Of a stretch of 64,000 nt of DNA, positions 50,301 through 61,700 are shown in pieces. Numbering within the stretch: the stretch's first letter is position 1; each line of letters starts with the position of its first letter. The stretch comes from Eledone cirrhosa. Its lineage: Eukaryota. The notes beneath the pieces were generated by a model. That model saw only the letters and a list, made by a program, of their open reading frames with translations, was not told the origin of the DNA and searched no databases. Position numbers and translations under genes: made by a program. Location: positions 52,824,001-52,888,000 of the forward strand of contig OZ024746.1 in the NCBI GenBank assembly GCA_964016885.1, in the 5' to 3' direction.

Positions 50301-52749
50301 GGAAGTCTTGATGTTGTTATTGTAGTTAGTGGTTGCTGAGATGGTAGTGTTGTTGTTGTGGTTATTGTAGTTAGTGGTTGCTGAGATGGTAGTGTTGTTG
50401 TTGTTATTGTAGTTAGTGGTTGCTGAGATGGTAGTGTTGTTGTTGTTGTTATTGTAGTTAGTGGTTTCTGTGATGGTAGTGTTGTTGTTGTTGTTGTTAT
50501 TGTAGTTAGTGGTTCCTGAGATAATAGTGTTGTTGTTGTTGTTATTGTAGTTAGTGTTTGCTGAGATGGTAGTGTTGTTGTTGTTGTTATTGTAGTTAGT
50601 GGTTTCTGTGATGGTAGTGTTGTTGTTGTTGTTATTGTAGTTAGTGGTTGCTGAGATAATAGTGTTGTTGTTGTTGTTATTGTAGTTAGTGGTTGCTGAG
50701 ATGGTAGTGTTGTTGTTGTTGTTATTGTAGTTAGTGGTTGCTGAGATGGTAGTGTTGTTGTTGTTGTTATTGTAGTTAGTGGTTTCTGTGATGGTAGTGT
50801 TGTTGTTGTTGTTATTGTAGTTAGTGGTTGCTGAGATAATAGTGTTGTTGTTGTTGTTATTGTAGTTAGTGGTTGCTGAGATGGTAGTGTTGTTGTTGTT
50901 GTTATTGTAGTTAGTGGTTGCTGAGATGGTAGTGTTGTTGTTGTTGTTATTGTAGTTATTGGTTTCTGTGATGGTAGTGTTGTTGTTGTTGTTATTGTAG
51001 TTAGTGGTTGCTGTGATGGTAGTGTTGTTGTTGTTATTGTAGTTAGTGGTTGCTGAGATGGTAGTGTTGTTGTTGTTGTTATTGTAGTTAGTGGTTGCTG
51101 AGATGGTAGTGTTGTTGTTGCTGTTATTGTAGTTAGTGGTTTCTGTGATGGTAGTGTTGTTGTTGTTGTTATTGTAGTTAGTGGTTGCTGTGATGGTAGT
51201 GTTGTTGTTGTTATTGTAGTTAGAGGTTGCTGAGATGGTAGTGTTGTTGTTGTTATTGTAGTTAGTGGTTGCTGTGATGGTAGTGTTGTTGTTGTTATTG
51301 TAGTTAGTGTTTGCTGAGATGGTAGTGTTGTTGTTGTTGTTGTTGTTGTTATTGTAGTTAGTGGTTTCTGTGATGGTAGTGTTGTTGTTGTTATTGTAGT
51401 TAGTGGTTGCTGAGATGGTAGTGTTGTTGTTGTTGTTATTGTAGTTAGAGGTTGCTGTGATGGTAGTGTTGTTGTTGTTGTTATTGTAGTTAGTGTTTGC
51501 TGAGATGGTAGTGTTGTTGTTGTTGTTATTGTAGTTAGTGGTTTCTGTGATGGTAGTGTTGTTGTTGTTATTGTAGTTAGTGGTTTCTGTGATGGTAGTG
51601 TTGTTGTTGTTATTGTAGTTAGTGGTTGCTGAGATAATAGTGTTGTTGTTGTTGTTATTGTAGTTAGTGTTTGCTGAGATGGTAGTGTTGTTGTTGTTGT
51701 TATTGTAGTTAGTGGTTTCTGTGATGGTAGTGTTGTTGTTGTTGTTATTGTAGTTAGTGTTTGCTGAGATGGTAGTGTTGTTGTTGTTGTTATTGTAGTT
51801 AGTGGTTGCTGTGATGGTAGTGTTGTTGTTGTTATTGTAGCTAGTGGTTGCTGAGATGGTAGTGTTGTTGTTGTTGTTATAGGTAGTTAGTGGCTGCTGA
51901 GATGGTAGTGTTGTTGTTGTTGTTATTGTAGTTAGAGGTTGCTGAGATGGTAGTGTTGTTGTTGTTATTGTAGTTAGAGGTTGCTGTGATGGTAGTGTTG
52001 TTGTTGTTGTTATTGTAGTTAGTGATTTCTGTGATGGTAGTGTTGTTGTTGTTATTGTAGTTAGATCTTGCTGAGATGGTAGTGTTGTTGTTGTTATTGT
52101 AGTTAGTGGTTTCTGTGATGGTAGTGTTGTTGTTGTTATTGTAGTTAGTGGTTGCTGAGATGGTAGTGTTGTTGTTGTTGTTATTGTAGTTACAGGTTGC
52201 TGTGATGGTAGTGTTGTTGTTGTTGTTATTGTAGTTAGTGGTTTCTGTGATGGTAGTGTTGTTGTTGTTGTTATTGTAGTTAGTGGTTTCTGTGATGGTA
52301 GTGTTGTTGTTGTTATTCTAGTTAGTGGTTGCTGTGATGGTAGTGTTGTTGTTATTATTGTAGTTAGAGCTTGCTGAGATGGTAGTGTTGTTGTTGTTAT
52401 TGTAGTTAGTGGTTTCTGTGATGGTAGTGTTGTTGTTGTTATTGTAGTTAGTGGTTGCTGAGATGGTAGTGTTGTTGTTGTTGTTGTTATTGTAGTTAGA
52501 GGTTGCTGTGATGGTAGTGTTGTTGTTGTTGTTATTGTAGTTAGTGGTTTCTGTGATGGTAGTGTTGTTGTTGTTGTTATTGTAGTTAGTGGTTGCTGAG
52601 ATAATAGTGTTGTTGTTGTTGTTATTGTAGTTAGTGGTTGCTGAGATGATAGTGTTGTTGTTGTTGTTATTGTAGTTAGTGGTTGCTGAGATGGTAGTGT
52701 TGTTGTTGTTGTTATTGTAGTTAGTGGTTTTTGTGATGGTAGTGTTGTT

Positions 52750-55700
52750 GTTGTTGTTATTGTACTTAGTGGTTGCTATGCTGGTAGTGTTGTTGTTGTT
52801 ATTGTAGCTAGTGGTTGCTGTGTTGGTAGTGTTGTTGTTGTTATTGTAGTTAGTGGTTGCTATGCTGGTAGTGTTGTTGTTGTTATTGTAGCTAGTGGTT
52901 GCAGTGATGGTAGTGTTTTTGTTGTTATTGTAGTTAGTGGTTGCTATGATGGTAGTGTTGTTGTTGTTATTGTAGTAAGAGGTTGCTATGATGGTAGTGT
53001 TGTTGTTGTTATTGTAGTTAGTGGTTGCTATGATGGTAGTGTTGTTGTTGTTATTGTAGCTAGTGGTTGCTGAGATGGTAGTGTTGTTGTTGTTGTTATT
53101 GTTGTTAGTGGTTGCTGAGATGGTAGTGTTGTTGTTGTTATTGTAGTTAGTGTTTGCTGAGATGGTAGTGTTGTTGTTGTTTTTATTGTAGTTAGTGGTT
53201 GCTGAGATGGTAGTGTTGTTGTTGTTGTTATTGTAGTTAGTGGTTTCTGTGATGGTAGTGTTGTTGTTGTTATTGTAGTTAGTGGTTGCTGAGATGGTAG
53301 TGTTGTTGTTGTTGTTGTTGTAGTTAGTGGTTGCTGTGATGGTAGTGTTGATGTTGTTGTTGTTATTGTAGTTAGTGGTTGCTGAGATGGTAGTGTTGTT
53401 GTTGTTGTTATTGTAGTTAGTGGTTGCTGAGATGGTAGTGTTGTTGTTGTTGTTGTTGTAGTTAGAGGTTGCTGAGATGGTAGTGTTGTTGTTGTTGTTA
53501 TAGGTAGTTAGTGGCTGCTGAGATGGTAGTGTTGTTGTTGTTGTTATTGTAGTTAGTGGTTTCTGTGATGGTAGTGTTGTTGTTGTTGTTATTGTAGTTA
53601 AAGGTTGCTGTGATGGTAGTGTTGTTGTTGTTATTCTAGTTAGTGGTTGCTGTGATGGTAGTGTTGTTGTTGTTGTTATTGTAGTTAGTGGTTTCTGTGA
53701 TGGTAGTGTTGTTGTTGTTATTGTAGTTAGTGGTTGCTGAGATGGTAGTGTTGTTGTTGTTGTTATTGTAGTTAGTGGTTGCTGAGATGGTAGTGTTGTT
53801 GTTGTTGTTGTTATTGTAGTTAGAGTTTGCTGAGATGGTAGTATTGTTGTTGTTGTTATTGTAGTTAGTGGTTGCTGAGATGGTAGTGTTGTTGTTGTTG
53901 TTGTTGTAGTTAGAGGTTGCTGAGATGGTAGTGTTGTTGTTGTTATTCTAGTTAGTCGTTGCTGTGATGGTAGTGTTGTTGTTGTTGTTATTGTAGTTAG
54001 ATCTTGCTGAGATGGTAGTGTTGTTGTTGTTATTGTAGTTAGTGGTTGCTGAGATGGTAGTGTTGTTGTTGTTGTTATTGTAGTTAGAGGTTGCTGTGAT
54101 GGTAGTGTTGTTGTTGTTGTTATTGTAGTTAGTGGTTTCTGTGATGGTAGTGTTGTTGTTGTTATTGTAGTTAGTGCTTGCTGAGATGGTAGTGTTGTTG
54201 TTGTTGTTATTGTAGTTAGAGGTTGCTGTGATGGTAGTGTTGTTGTTGTTGTTATTGTAGTTAGTGGTTTCTGTGATGGTAGTGTTGTTGTTTTTGTTAT
54301 TGTAGTTAGTGGTTGCTGTGATGGTAGTGTTGTTGTTGTTATTCTAGTTAGTGGTTGCTGTGATGGTAGTGTTGTTGTTATTATTGTAGTTAGAGCTTGC
54401 TGAGATGGTAGTGTTGTTGTTGTTATTGTTGTTATTGTAGTTAGTGGTTTCTGTGATGGTAGTGTTGTTTTTGTTGTTATTGTAGTTAGTGGTTGCTGAG
54501 ATAATAGTGTTGTTGTTGTTGTTATTGTAGTTAGTGATTGCTGAGATGATAGTGTTGTTGTTGTTGTTATTGTAGTTAGTGGTTGCTGAGATGGTAGTGT
54601 TGTTGTTGTTGTTATTATAGTTAGTGGTTGCTGAGATGGTAGTGTTGTTGTTGTTATTGTTGTTATTGTAGTTAGTGGTTTTTGTGATGGTAGTGTTGTT
54701 GTTGTTGTTGTTGTAGTTAGTGGTTGCTGTGATGGTAGTGTTGTTGTTGTTAATGTAGTTAGTGGTTGCTGAGATGGTAGTGTTGTTGTTGTTGTTATTG
54801 TAGTTAGTGGTTGCAGAGATGGTAGTGTTGTTGTTGTTGTTATTGTAGTTAGTGGTTTCTGTGATGGTAGTGTTGTTGTTGTTGTTATTGTAGTTAGTGG
54901 TTGCTGTGATGGTAGTGTTGTTGTTGTTATTGTAGTTAGTGGTTGCTGAGATGGTAGTGTTGTTGTTGTTGTTATTGTAGTTAGTGGTTGCTGAGATGGT
55001 AGTGTTATTGTTGCTGTTATTTTAGTTAGTGGTTTCTGTGATGGTAGTGTTGTGGTTGTTATTATTGTTGTTAGTGGTTGCTGTGATGGTAGTGTTGTTG
55101 TTGTTATTCTAGTTAGTGGTTGCTGTGATGGTAGTGTTGTTGTTGTTGTTATTGTAGTTAGTGGTTTCTGTGATGGTAGTGTTGTTGTTGTTATTGTAGT
55201 TAGTGGTTGCTGAGATGGTAGTGTTGTTGTTGTGGTTATTGTAGTTAGTGGTTGCTGAGATGGTAGTCTTGTTGTTGTTATTGTAGCTAGTGGTTGCTGT
55301 GATGGTAGTGTTGTTGTTGTTATTGTAGTTAGTGGTTGCTATGATGGTAGTGATGTTGTTGTTATTGTAGCTAGTGGTTGCCGTGTTGGTAGTGTTGTTG
55401 TTGTTATTGTAGTTAGTGGTTGCTATGCTGGTAGTGTTGTTGTTGTTATTGTAGTAAGAGGTTGCTATGATGGTAGTGTTGTTGTTGTTATTGTAGTTAG
55501 TGGTTGCTATGATGGTAGTGTTGTTGTTGTTATTGTAGCTAGTGGTTGCTGAGATGGTAGTGTTGTTGTTGTTATTGTAGTTAGTGTTTGCTGAGATGGT
55601 AGTGTTGTTGTTGTTTTTATTGTAGTTAGTGTTTGCTGAGATGGTAGTGTTGTTGTTGTTTTTATTGTAGTTAGTGGTTGCTGAGATGGTAGTGTTGTTG

Positions 55701-58700
55701 TTGTTATTGTAGTTAGTGGTTGCTGAGATGGTAGTGTTGTTGTTGTTGTTATAGGTAGTTAGTGGCTGCTGAGATGGTAGTGTTGTTGTTGTTGTTATTG
55801 TAGTTAGTGGTTTCTGTGATGGTAGTGTTGTTGTTGTTGTTATTGTAGTTAAAGGTTGCTGTGATGGTAGTGTTGTTGTTGTTATTCTAGTTAGTGGCTG
55901 CTGTGATGGTAGTGTTGTTGTTGTTGTTATTGTAGTTAGTGGTTTCTGTGATGGTAGTGTTGTTGTTGTTATTGTAGTTAGTGGTTGCTGAGATGGTAGT
56001 GTTGTTGTTGTTGTTATTGTAGTTAGTGGTTGCTGAGATGGTAGTGTTGTTGTTGTTGTTATTGTAGTTAGAGTTTGCTGAGATGGTAGTATTGTTGTTG
56101 TTGTTATTGTAGTTAGTGGTTGCTGAGATGGTAGTGTTGTTGTTGTTGTTGTTGTAGTTAGAGGTTGCTGAGATGGTAGTGTTGTTGTTGTTATTCTAGT
56201 TAGTCGTTGCTGTGATGGTAGTGTTGTTGTTGTTGTTATTGTAGTTAGTGATTTCTGTGATGGTAGTGTTGTTGTTGTTATTGTAGTTAGTGGTTTCTGT
56301 GATGGTAGTGTTGTTGTTGTTATTGTAGTTAGTGCTTGCTGAGATGGTAGTGTTGTTGTTGTTGTTATTGTAGTTAGAGGTTGCTGTGATGGTAGTGTTG
56401 TTGTTGTTGTTATTGTAGTTAGTGGTTTCTGTGATGGTAGTGTTGTTGTTTTTGTTATTGTAGTTAGTGGTTTCTGTGATGGTAGTGTTGTTGTTGTTAT
56501 TCTAGTTAGTGGTTGCTGTGATGGTAGTGTTGTTGTTATTATTGTAGTTAGAGCTTGCTGAGATGGTAGTGTTGTTGTTGTTATTGTAGTTAGTGGTTTC
56601 TGTGATGGTAGTGTTGATGTTGTTATTGTAGTTAGTGGTTGCTGAGATGGTAGTGTTGTTGTTGTTGTTATTGTAGTTAGAGGTTGCTGTGATGGTAGTG
56701 TTGTTATTGTTGTTATTGTAGTTAGTGGTTTCTGTGATGGTAGTGTTGTTGTTGTTGTTATTGTAGTTAGTGGTTGTTGTGATGGTAGTGTTGTTGTTGT
56801 TAATGTAGTTAGTGGTTGCTGAGATGGTAGTGTTGTTGTTGTTGTTATTGTAGTTAGTGGTTGCTGAGATGATAGTGTTGTTGTTGTTGTTATTGTAGTT
56901 AGTGGTTGCTGAGATGGTAGTGTTGTTGTTGTTGTTATTGTAGTTAGTGGTTTTTGTGATGGTAGTGTTGTTGTTGTTGTTATTGTAGTTAGTGGTTGTT
57001 GTGATGGTAGTGTTGTTGTTGTTAATGTAGTTAGTGGTTGCTGAGATGGTAGTGTTGTTGTTGTTGTTATTGTAGTTAGTGGTTGCAGAGATGGTAGTGT
57101 TGTTGTTGTTGTTATTGTAGTTAGTGGTTTCTGTGATGGTAGTGTTGTTGTTGTTGTTATTGTAGTTAGTGGTTGCTGTGATGGTAGTGTTGTTGTTGTT
57201 ATTGTAGTTAGTGGTTGCTGAGATGGTAGTGTTGTTGTTGTTGTTATTGTAGTTAGTGGTTGCTGAGATGGTAGTGTTATTGTTGCTGTTATTGTAGTTA
57301 GTGGTTTCTGTGATGGTAGTGTTGTTGTTGTTATTATTGTAGTTAGTGGTTGCTGTGATGGTAGTGTTGTTGTTGTTATTCTAGTTAGTGGTTGCTGTGA
57401 TGGTAGTGTTGTTGTTGTTGTTATTGTATTTAGTGGTTTCTGTGATGGTAGTGTTGTTGTTGTTATTGTAGTTAGTGGTTGCTGAGATGGTAGTGTTGTT
57501 GTTGTGGTTATTGTAGTTAGTGGTTGCTGAGATGGTAGTGTTGTTGTTGTTATTGTAGCTAGTGGTTGCTGTGATGCTAGTGTTGTTGTTGTTATTGTAG
57601 TTAGTGGTTGCTATGATGGTAGTGATGTTGTTGTTATTGTAGCTAGTGGTTGCTGTGTTGGTAGTGTTGTTGTTGTTATTGTAGTTAGTGGTTGCTATGC
57701 TGGTAGTGTTGTTGTTGTTATTGTAGCTAGTGGTTGCTGTGATGGTAGTGTTTTTGTTGTTATTGTAGTTAGTGGTTGCTATGATGGTAGTGTTGTTGTT
57801 GTTATTGTAGTAAGAGGTTGCTATGATGGTAGTGTTGTTGTTGTTATTGTAGTTAGTGGTTGCTATGATGGTAGTGTTGTTGTTGTTATTGTAGCTAGTG
57901 GTTGCTGAGATGGTAGTATTGTTGTTGTTGTTATTGTTGTTAGTGGTTGCTGAGATGGTTGTGTTGTTGTTGTTATTGTAGTTAGTGTTTGCTGAGATGG
58001 TAGTGTTGTTGTTGTTTTTATTTTAGTTAGTGGTTGCTGAGATGGTAGTGTTGTTGTTGTTGTTATTGTAGTTAGTGGTTTCTGTGATGGTAGTGTTGTT
58101 GTTGTTGTTATTGTAGTTAGAGGTTGCTGAGATGGTAGTGTTGTTGTTGTTTTTATTGTAGTTAGTGGTTGCTGAGATGGTAGTGTTGTTGTTGTTGTTA
58201 TTGTAGTTAGTGGTTTCTGTGATGGTAGTGTTGTTGTTGTTATTGTAGTTAGTGGTTGCTGAGATGGTAGTGTTGTTGTTGTTGTTATTGTAGTTAGAGG
58301 TTGCTGTGATGGTAGTGTTGTTGTTGTTGTTATTGTAGTTAGTGGTTTCTGTGATGGTAGTGTTGTTGTTGTTATTGTAGTTAGTGGTTGCTGAGATGGT
58401 AGTGTTGTTGTTGTTGTTATAGGTAGTTAGTGGCTGCTGAGATGGTAGTGTTGTTGTTGTTGTTATTGTAGTTAAAGGTTGCTGTGATGGTAGTGTTGTT
58501 GTTGTTGTTATTGTAGTTAGTGGTTGCTGAGATGGTAGTGTTGTTGTTGTTGTTATTGTAGTTAGTGGTTGCTGAGATGGTAGTGTTGTTGTTGTTGTTA
58601 TTGTAGTTAGAGTTTGCTGAGATGGTAGTATTGTTGTTGTTGTTATTGTAGTTAGTGGTTGCTGAGATGGTAGTGTTGTTGTTGTTATTCTAGTTAGTGG

Positions 58701-61700
58701 TTGCTGTGATGGTAGTGTTGTTGTTATTATTGTAGTTAGAGCTTGCTGAGATGGTAGTGTTGTTGTTGTTATTGTAGTTAGTGGTTTCTGTGATGGTAGT
58801 GTTGATGTTGTTATTGTAGTTAGTGGTTGCTGAGATGGTAGTGTTGTTGTTGTTGTTATTGTAGTTAGAGGTTGCTGAGATGGTAGTGTTGTTGTTGTTA
58901 TTCTAGTTAGTGGTTGCTGTGATGGTAGTGTTGTTGTTATTATTGTAGTTAGAGCTTGCTGAGATGGTAGTGTTGTTGTTGTTATTGTAGTTAGTGGTTT
59001 CTGTGATGGTAGTGTTGATGTTGTTATTGTAGTTAGTGGTTGCTGAGATGGTAGTGTTGTTGTTGTTGTTATTGTAGTTAGTGGTTGCTGAGATGGTAGT
59101 GTTGTTGTTATTGTTATTGTAGTTAGTGGTTGCTGAGATGGTAGTGTTGTTGTTATTGTTATTGTAGTTAGTGGTTTTTGTGATGGTAGTGTTGTTGTTG
59201 TTGTTATTGTAGTTAGTGGTTGCTGAGATGGTAGTGTTGTTGTTGTTGTTATTGTAGTTAGTGGTTGCTGAGATGGTAGTGTTGTTGTTGTTGTTATTGT
59301 AGTTAGTGGTTGCTGAGATGGTAGTGTTGTTGTTATTGTTATTGTAGTTAGTGGTTTTTGTGATGGTAGTGTTGTTGTTGTTGTTATTGTAGTTAGTGGT
59401 TTCTGTGATGGTAGTGTTGATGTTGTTATTGTAGTTAGTGGTTGCTGAGATGGTAGTGTTGTTGTTGTTGTTATTGTAGTTAGTGGTTGCTGAGATGGTA
59501 GTGTTGTTGTTATTGTTATTGTAGTTAGTGGTTTTTGTGATGGTAGTGTTGTTGTTGTTGTTATTGTAGTTAGTGGTTGCTGAGATGGTAGTGTTGTTGT
59601 TGTTGTTATTGTAGTTAGTGGTTGCAGAGATGGTAGTGTTGTTGTTGTTGTTATTGTAGTTAGTGGTTTCTGTGATGGTAGTGTTGTTGTTGTTGTTATT
59701 GTAGTTAGTGGTTGCTGTGATGGTAGTGTTGTTGTTGTTATTGTAGTTAGTGGTTGCTGAGATGGTAGTGTTGTTGTTGTTGTTATTGTAGTTAGTGGTT
59801 GCTGAGATGGTAGTGTTATTGTTGCTGTTATTGTAGTTAGTGGTTTCTGTGATGGTAGTGTTGTGGTTGTTGTTATTGTAGTTAGTGGTTGCTGTGATGG
59901 TAGTGTTGTTGTTGTTATTCTAGTTAGTGGTTGCTGTGATGGTAGTGTTGTTGTTGTTGTTATTGTAGTTAGTGGTTGCTGTGATGGTAGTGTTGTTGTT
60001 GTTATTGTAGTTAGTGGTTGCTGAGATGGTAGTGTTGTTGTTGTTGTTATTGTAGTTAGTGGTTGCTGAGATGGTAGTGTTATTGTTGCTGTTATTGTAG
60101 TTAGTGGTTTCTGTGATGGTAGTGTTGTGGTTGTTGTTATTGTAGTTAGTGGTTGCTGTGATGGTAGTGTTGTTGTTGTTATTCTAGTTAGTGGTTGCTG
60201 TGATGGTAGTGTTGTTGTTGTTGTTATTGTAGTTAGTGGTTTCTGTGATGGTAGTATTGTTGTTGTTATTGTAGTTAGTGGTTGCTGAGATGGTAGTGTT
60301 GTTGTTGTGGTTATTGTAGTTAGTGGTTGCTGAGATGGTAGTGTTGTTGTTGTGGTTATTGTAGTTAGTGGTTGCTGAGATGGTAGTGTTGTTGTTGTTA
60401 TTGTAGTTAGTGGTTGCTATGCTGGTAGTGTTGTTGTTGTTATTGTAGTAAGAGGTTGCTATGATGGTAGTGTTGTTGTTGTTATTGTAGTTAGTGGTTG
60501 CTATGATGGTAGTGTTGTTGTTGTTATTGTAGCTAGTGGTTGCTGAGATGGTAGTGTTGTTGTTGTTGTTATTGTTGTTAGTGGTTGCTGAGATGGTAGT
60601 GTTGTTGTTGTTATTGTAGTTAGTGTTTGCTGAGATGGTAGTGTTGTTGTTGTTTTTATTGTAGTTAGTGTTTGCTGAGATGGTAGTGTTGTTGTTGTTT
60701 TTATTGTAGTTAGTGGTTGCTGAGATGGTAGTGTTGTTGTTGTTGTTATTGTAGTTAGTGGTTTCTGTGATGGTAGTGTTGTTGTTGTTGTTATTGTAGT
60801 TAGAGGTTGCTGAGATGGTAGTGTTGTTGTTGTTGTTGTTGTAGTTAGAGGTTGCTGTGATGGTAGTGTTGTTGTTGTTGTTATTGTAGTTAGTGGTTTC
60901 TGTGATGGTAGTGTTGTTGTTGTTATTGTAGTTAGTGGTTGCTGAGATAATAGTGTTGTTGTTGTTGTTATTGTAGTTAGTGTTTGCTGAGATGGTAGTG
61001 TTGTTGTTGTTGTTATTGTAGTTAGTGGTTGCTGAGATAATAGTGTTGTTGTTGTTGTTATTGTAGTTAGTGTTTGCTGAGATGGTAGTGTTGTTGTTGT
61101 TGTTATTGTAGTTAGTGGTTGCTGAGATGGTAGTGTTGTTGTTGTTGTTATTGTAGTTAGTGGTTGCTGAGATGGTAGTGTTGTTGTTGTTGTTATTGTA
61201 GTTAGTGGTTGCTGAGATGGTAGTGTTGTTGTTGTTGTTATTGTAGTTAGTGGTTTCTGTGATGGTAGTGTTGTTGTTGTTGTTATTGTAGTTAGTGGTT
61301 GCTGAGATAATAGTGTTGTTGTTGTTGTTATTGTAGTTAGTGTTTGCTGAGATGGTAGTGTTGTTGTTGTTGTTATTGTAGTTAGTGGTTGCTGAGATGG
61401 TAGTGTTGTTGTTGTTGTTATTGTAGTTAGTGGTTGCTGAGATGGTAGTGTTGTTGTTGTTGTTATTGTAGTTAGTGGTTTCTGTGATGGTAGTGTTGTT
61501 GTTGTTGTTATTGTAGTTAAAGGTTGCTGTGATGGTAGTGTTGTTGTTGTTATTCTAGTTAGTGGTTGCTGTGATGGTAGTGTTGTTGTTGTTGTTATTG
61601 TAGTTAGTGGTTTCTGTGATGGTAGTGTTGTTGTTGTTATTGTAGTTAGTGGTTGCTGAGATGGTAGTGTTGTTGTTGTTGTTATTGTAGTTAGTGGTTG

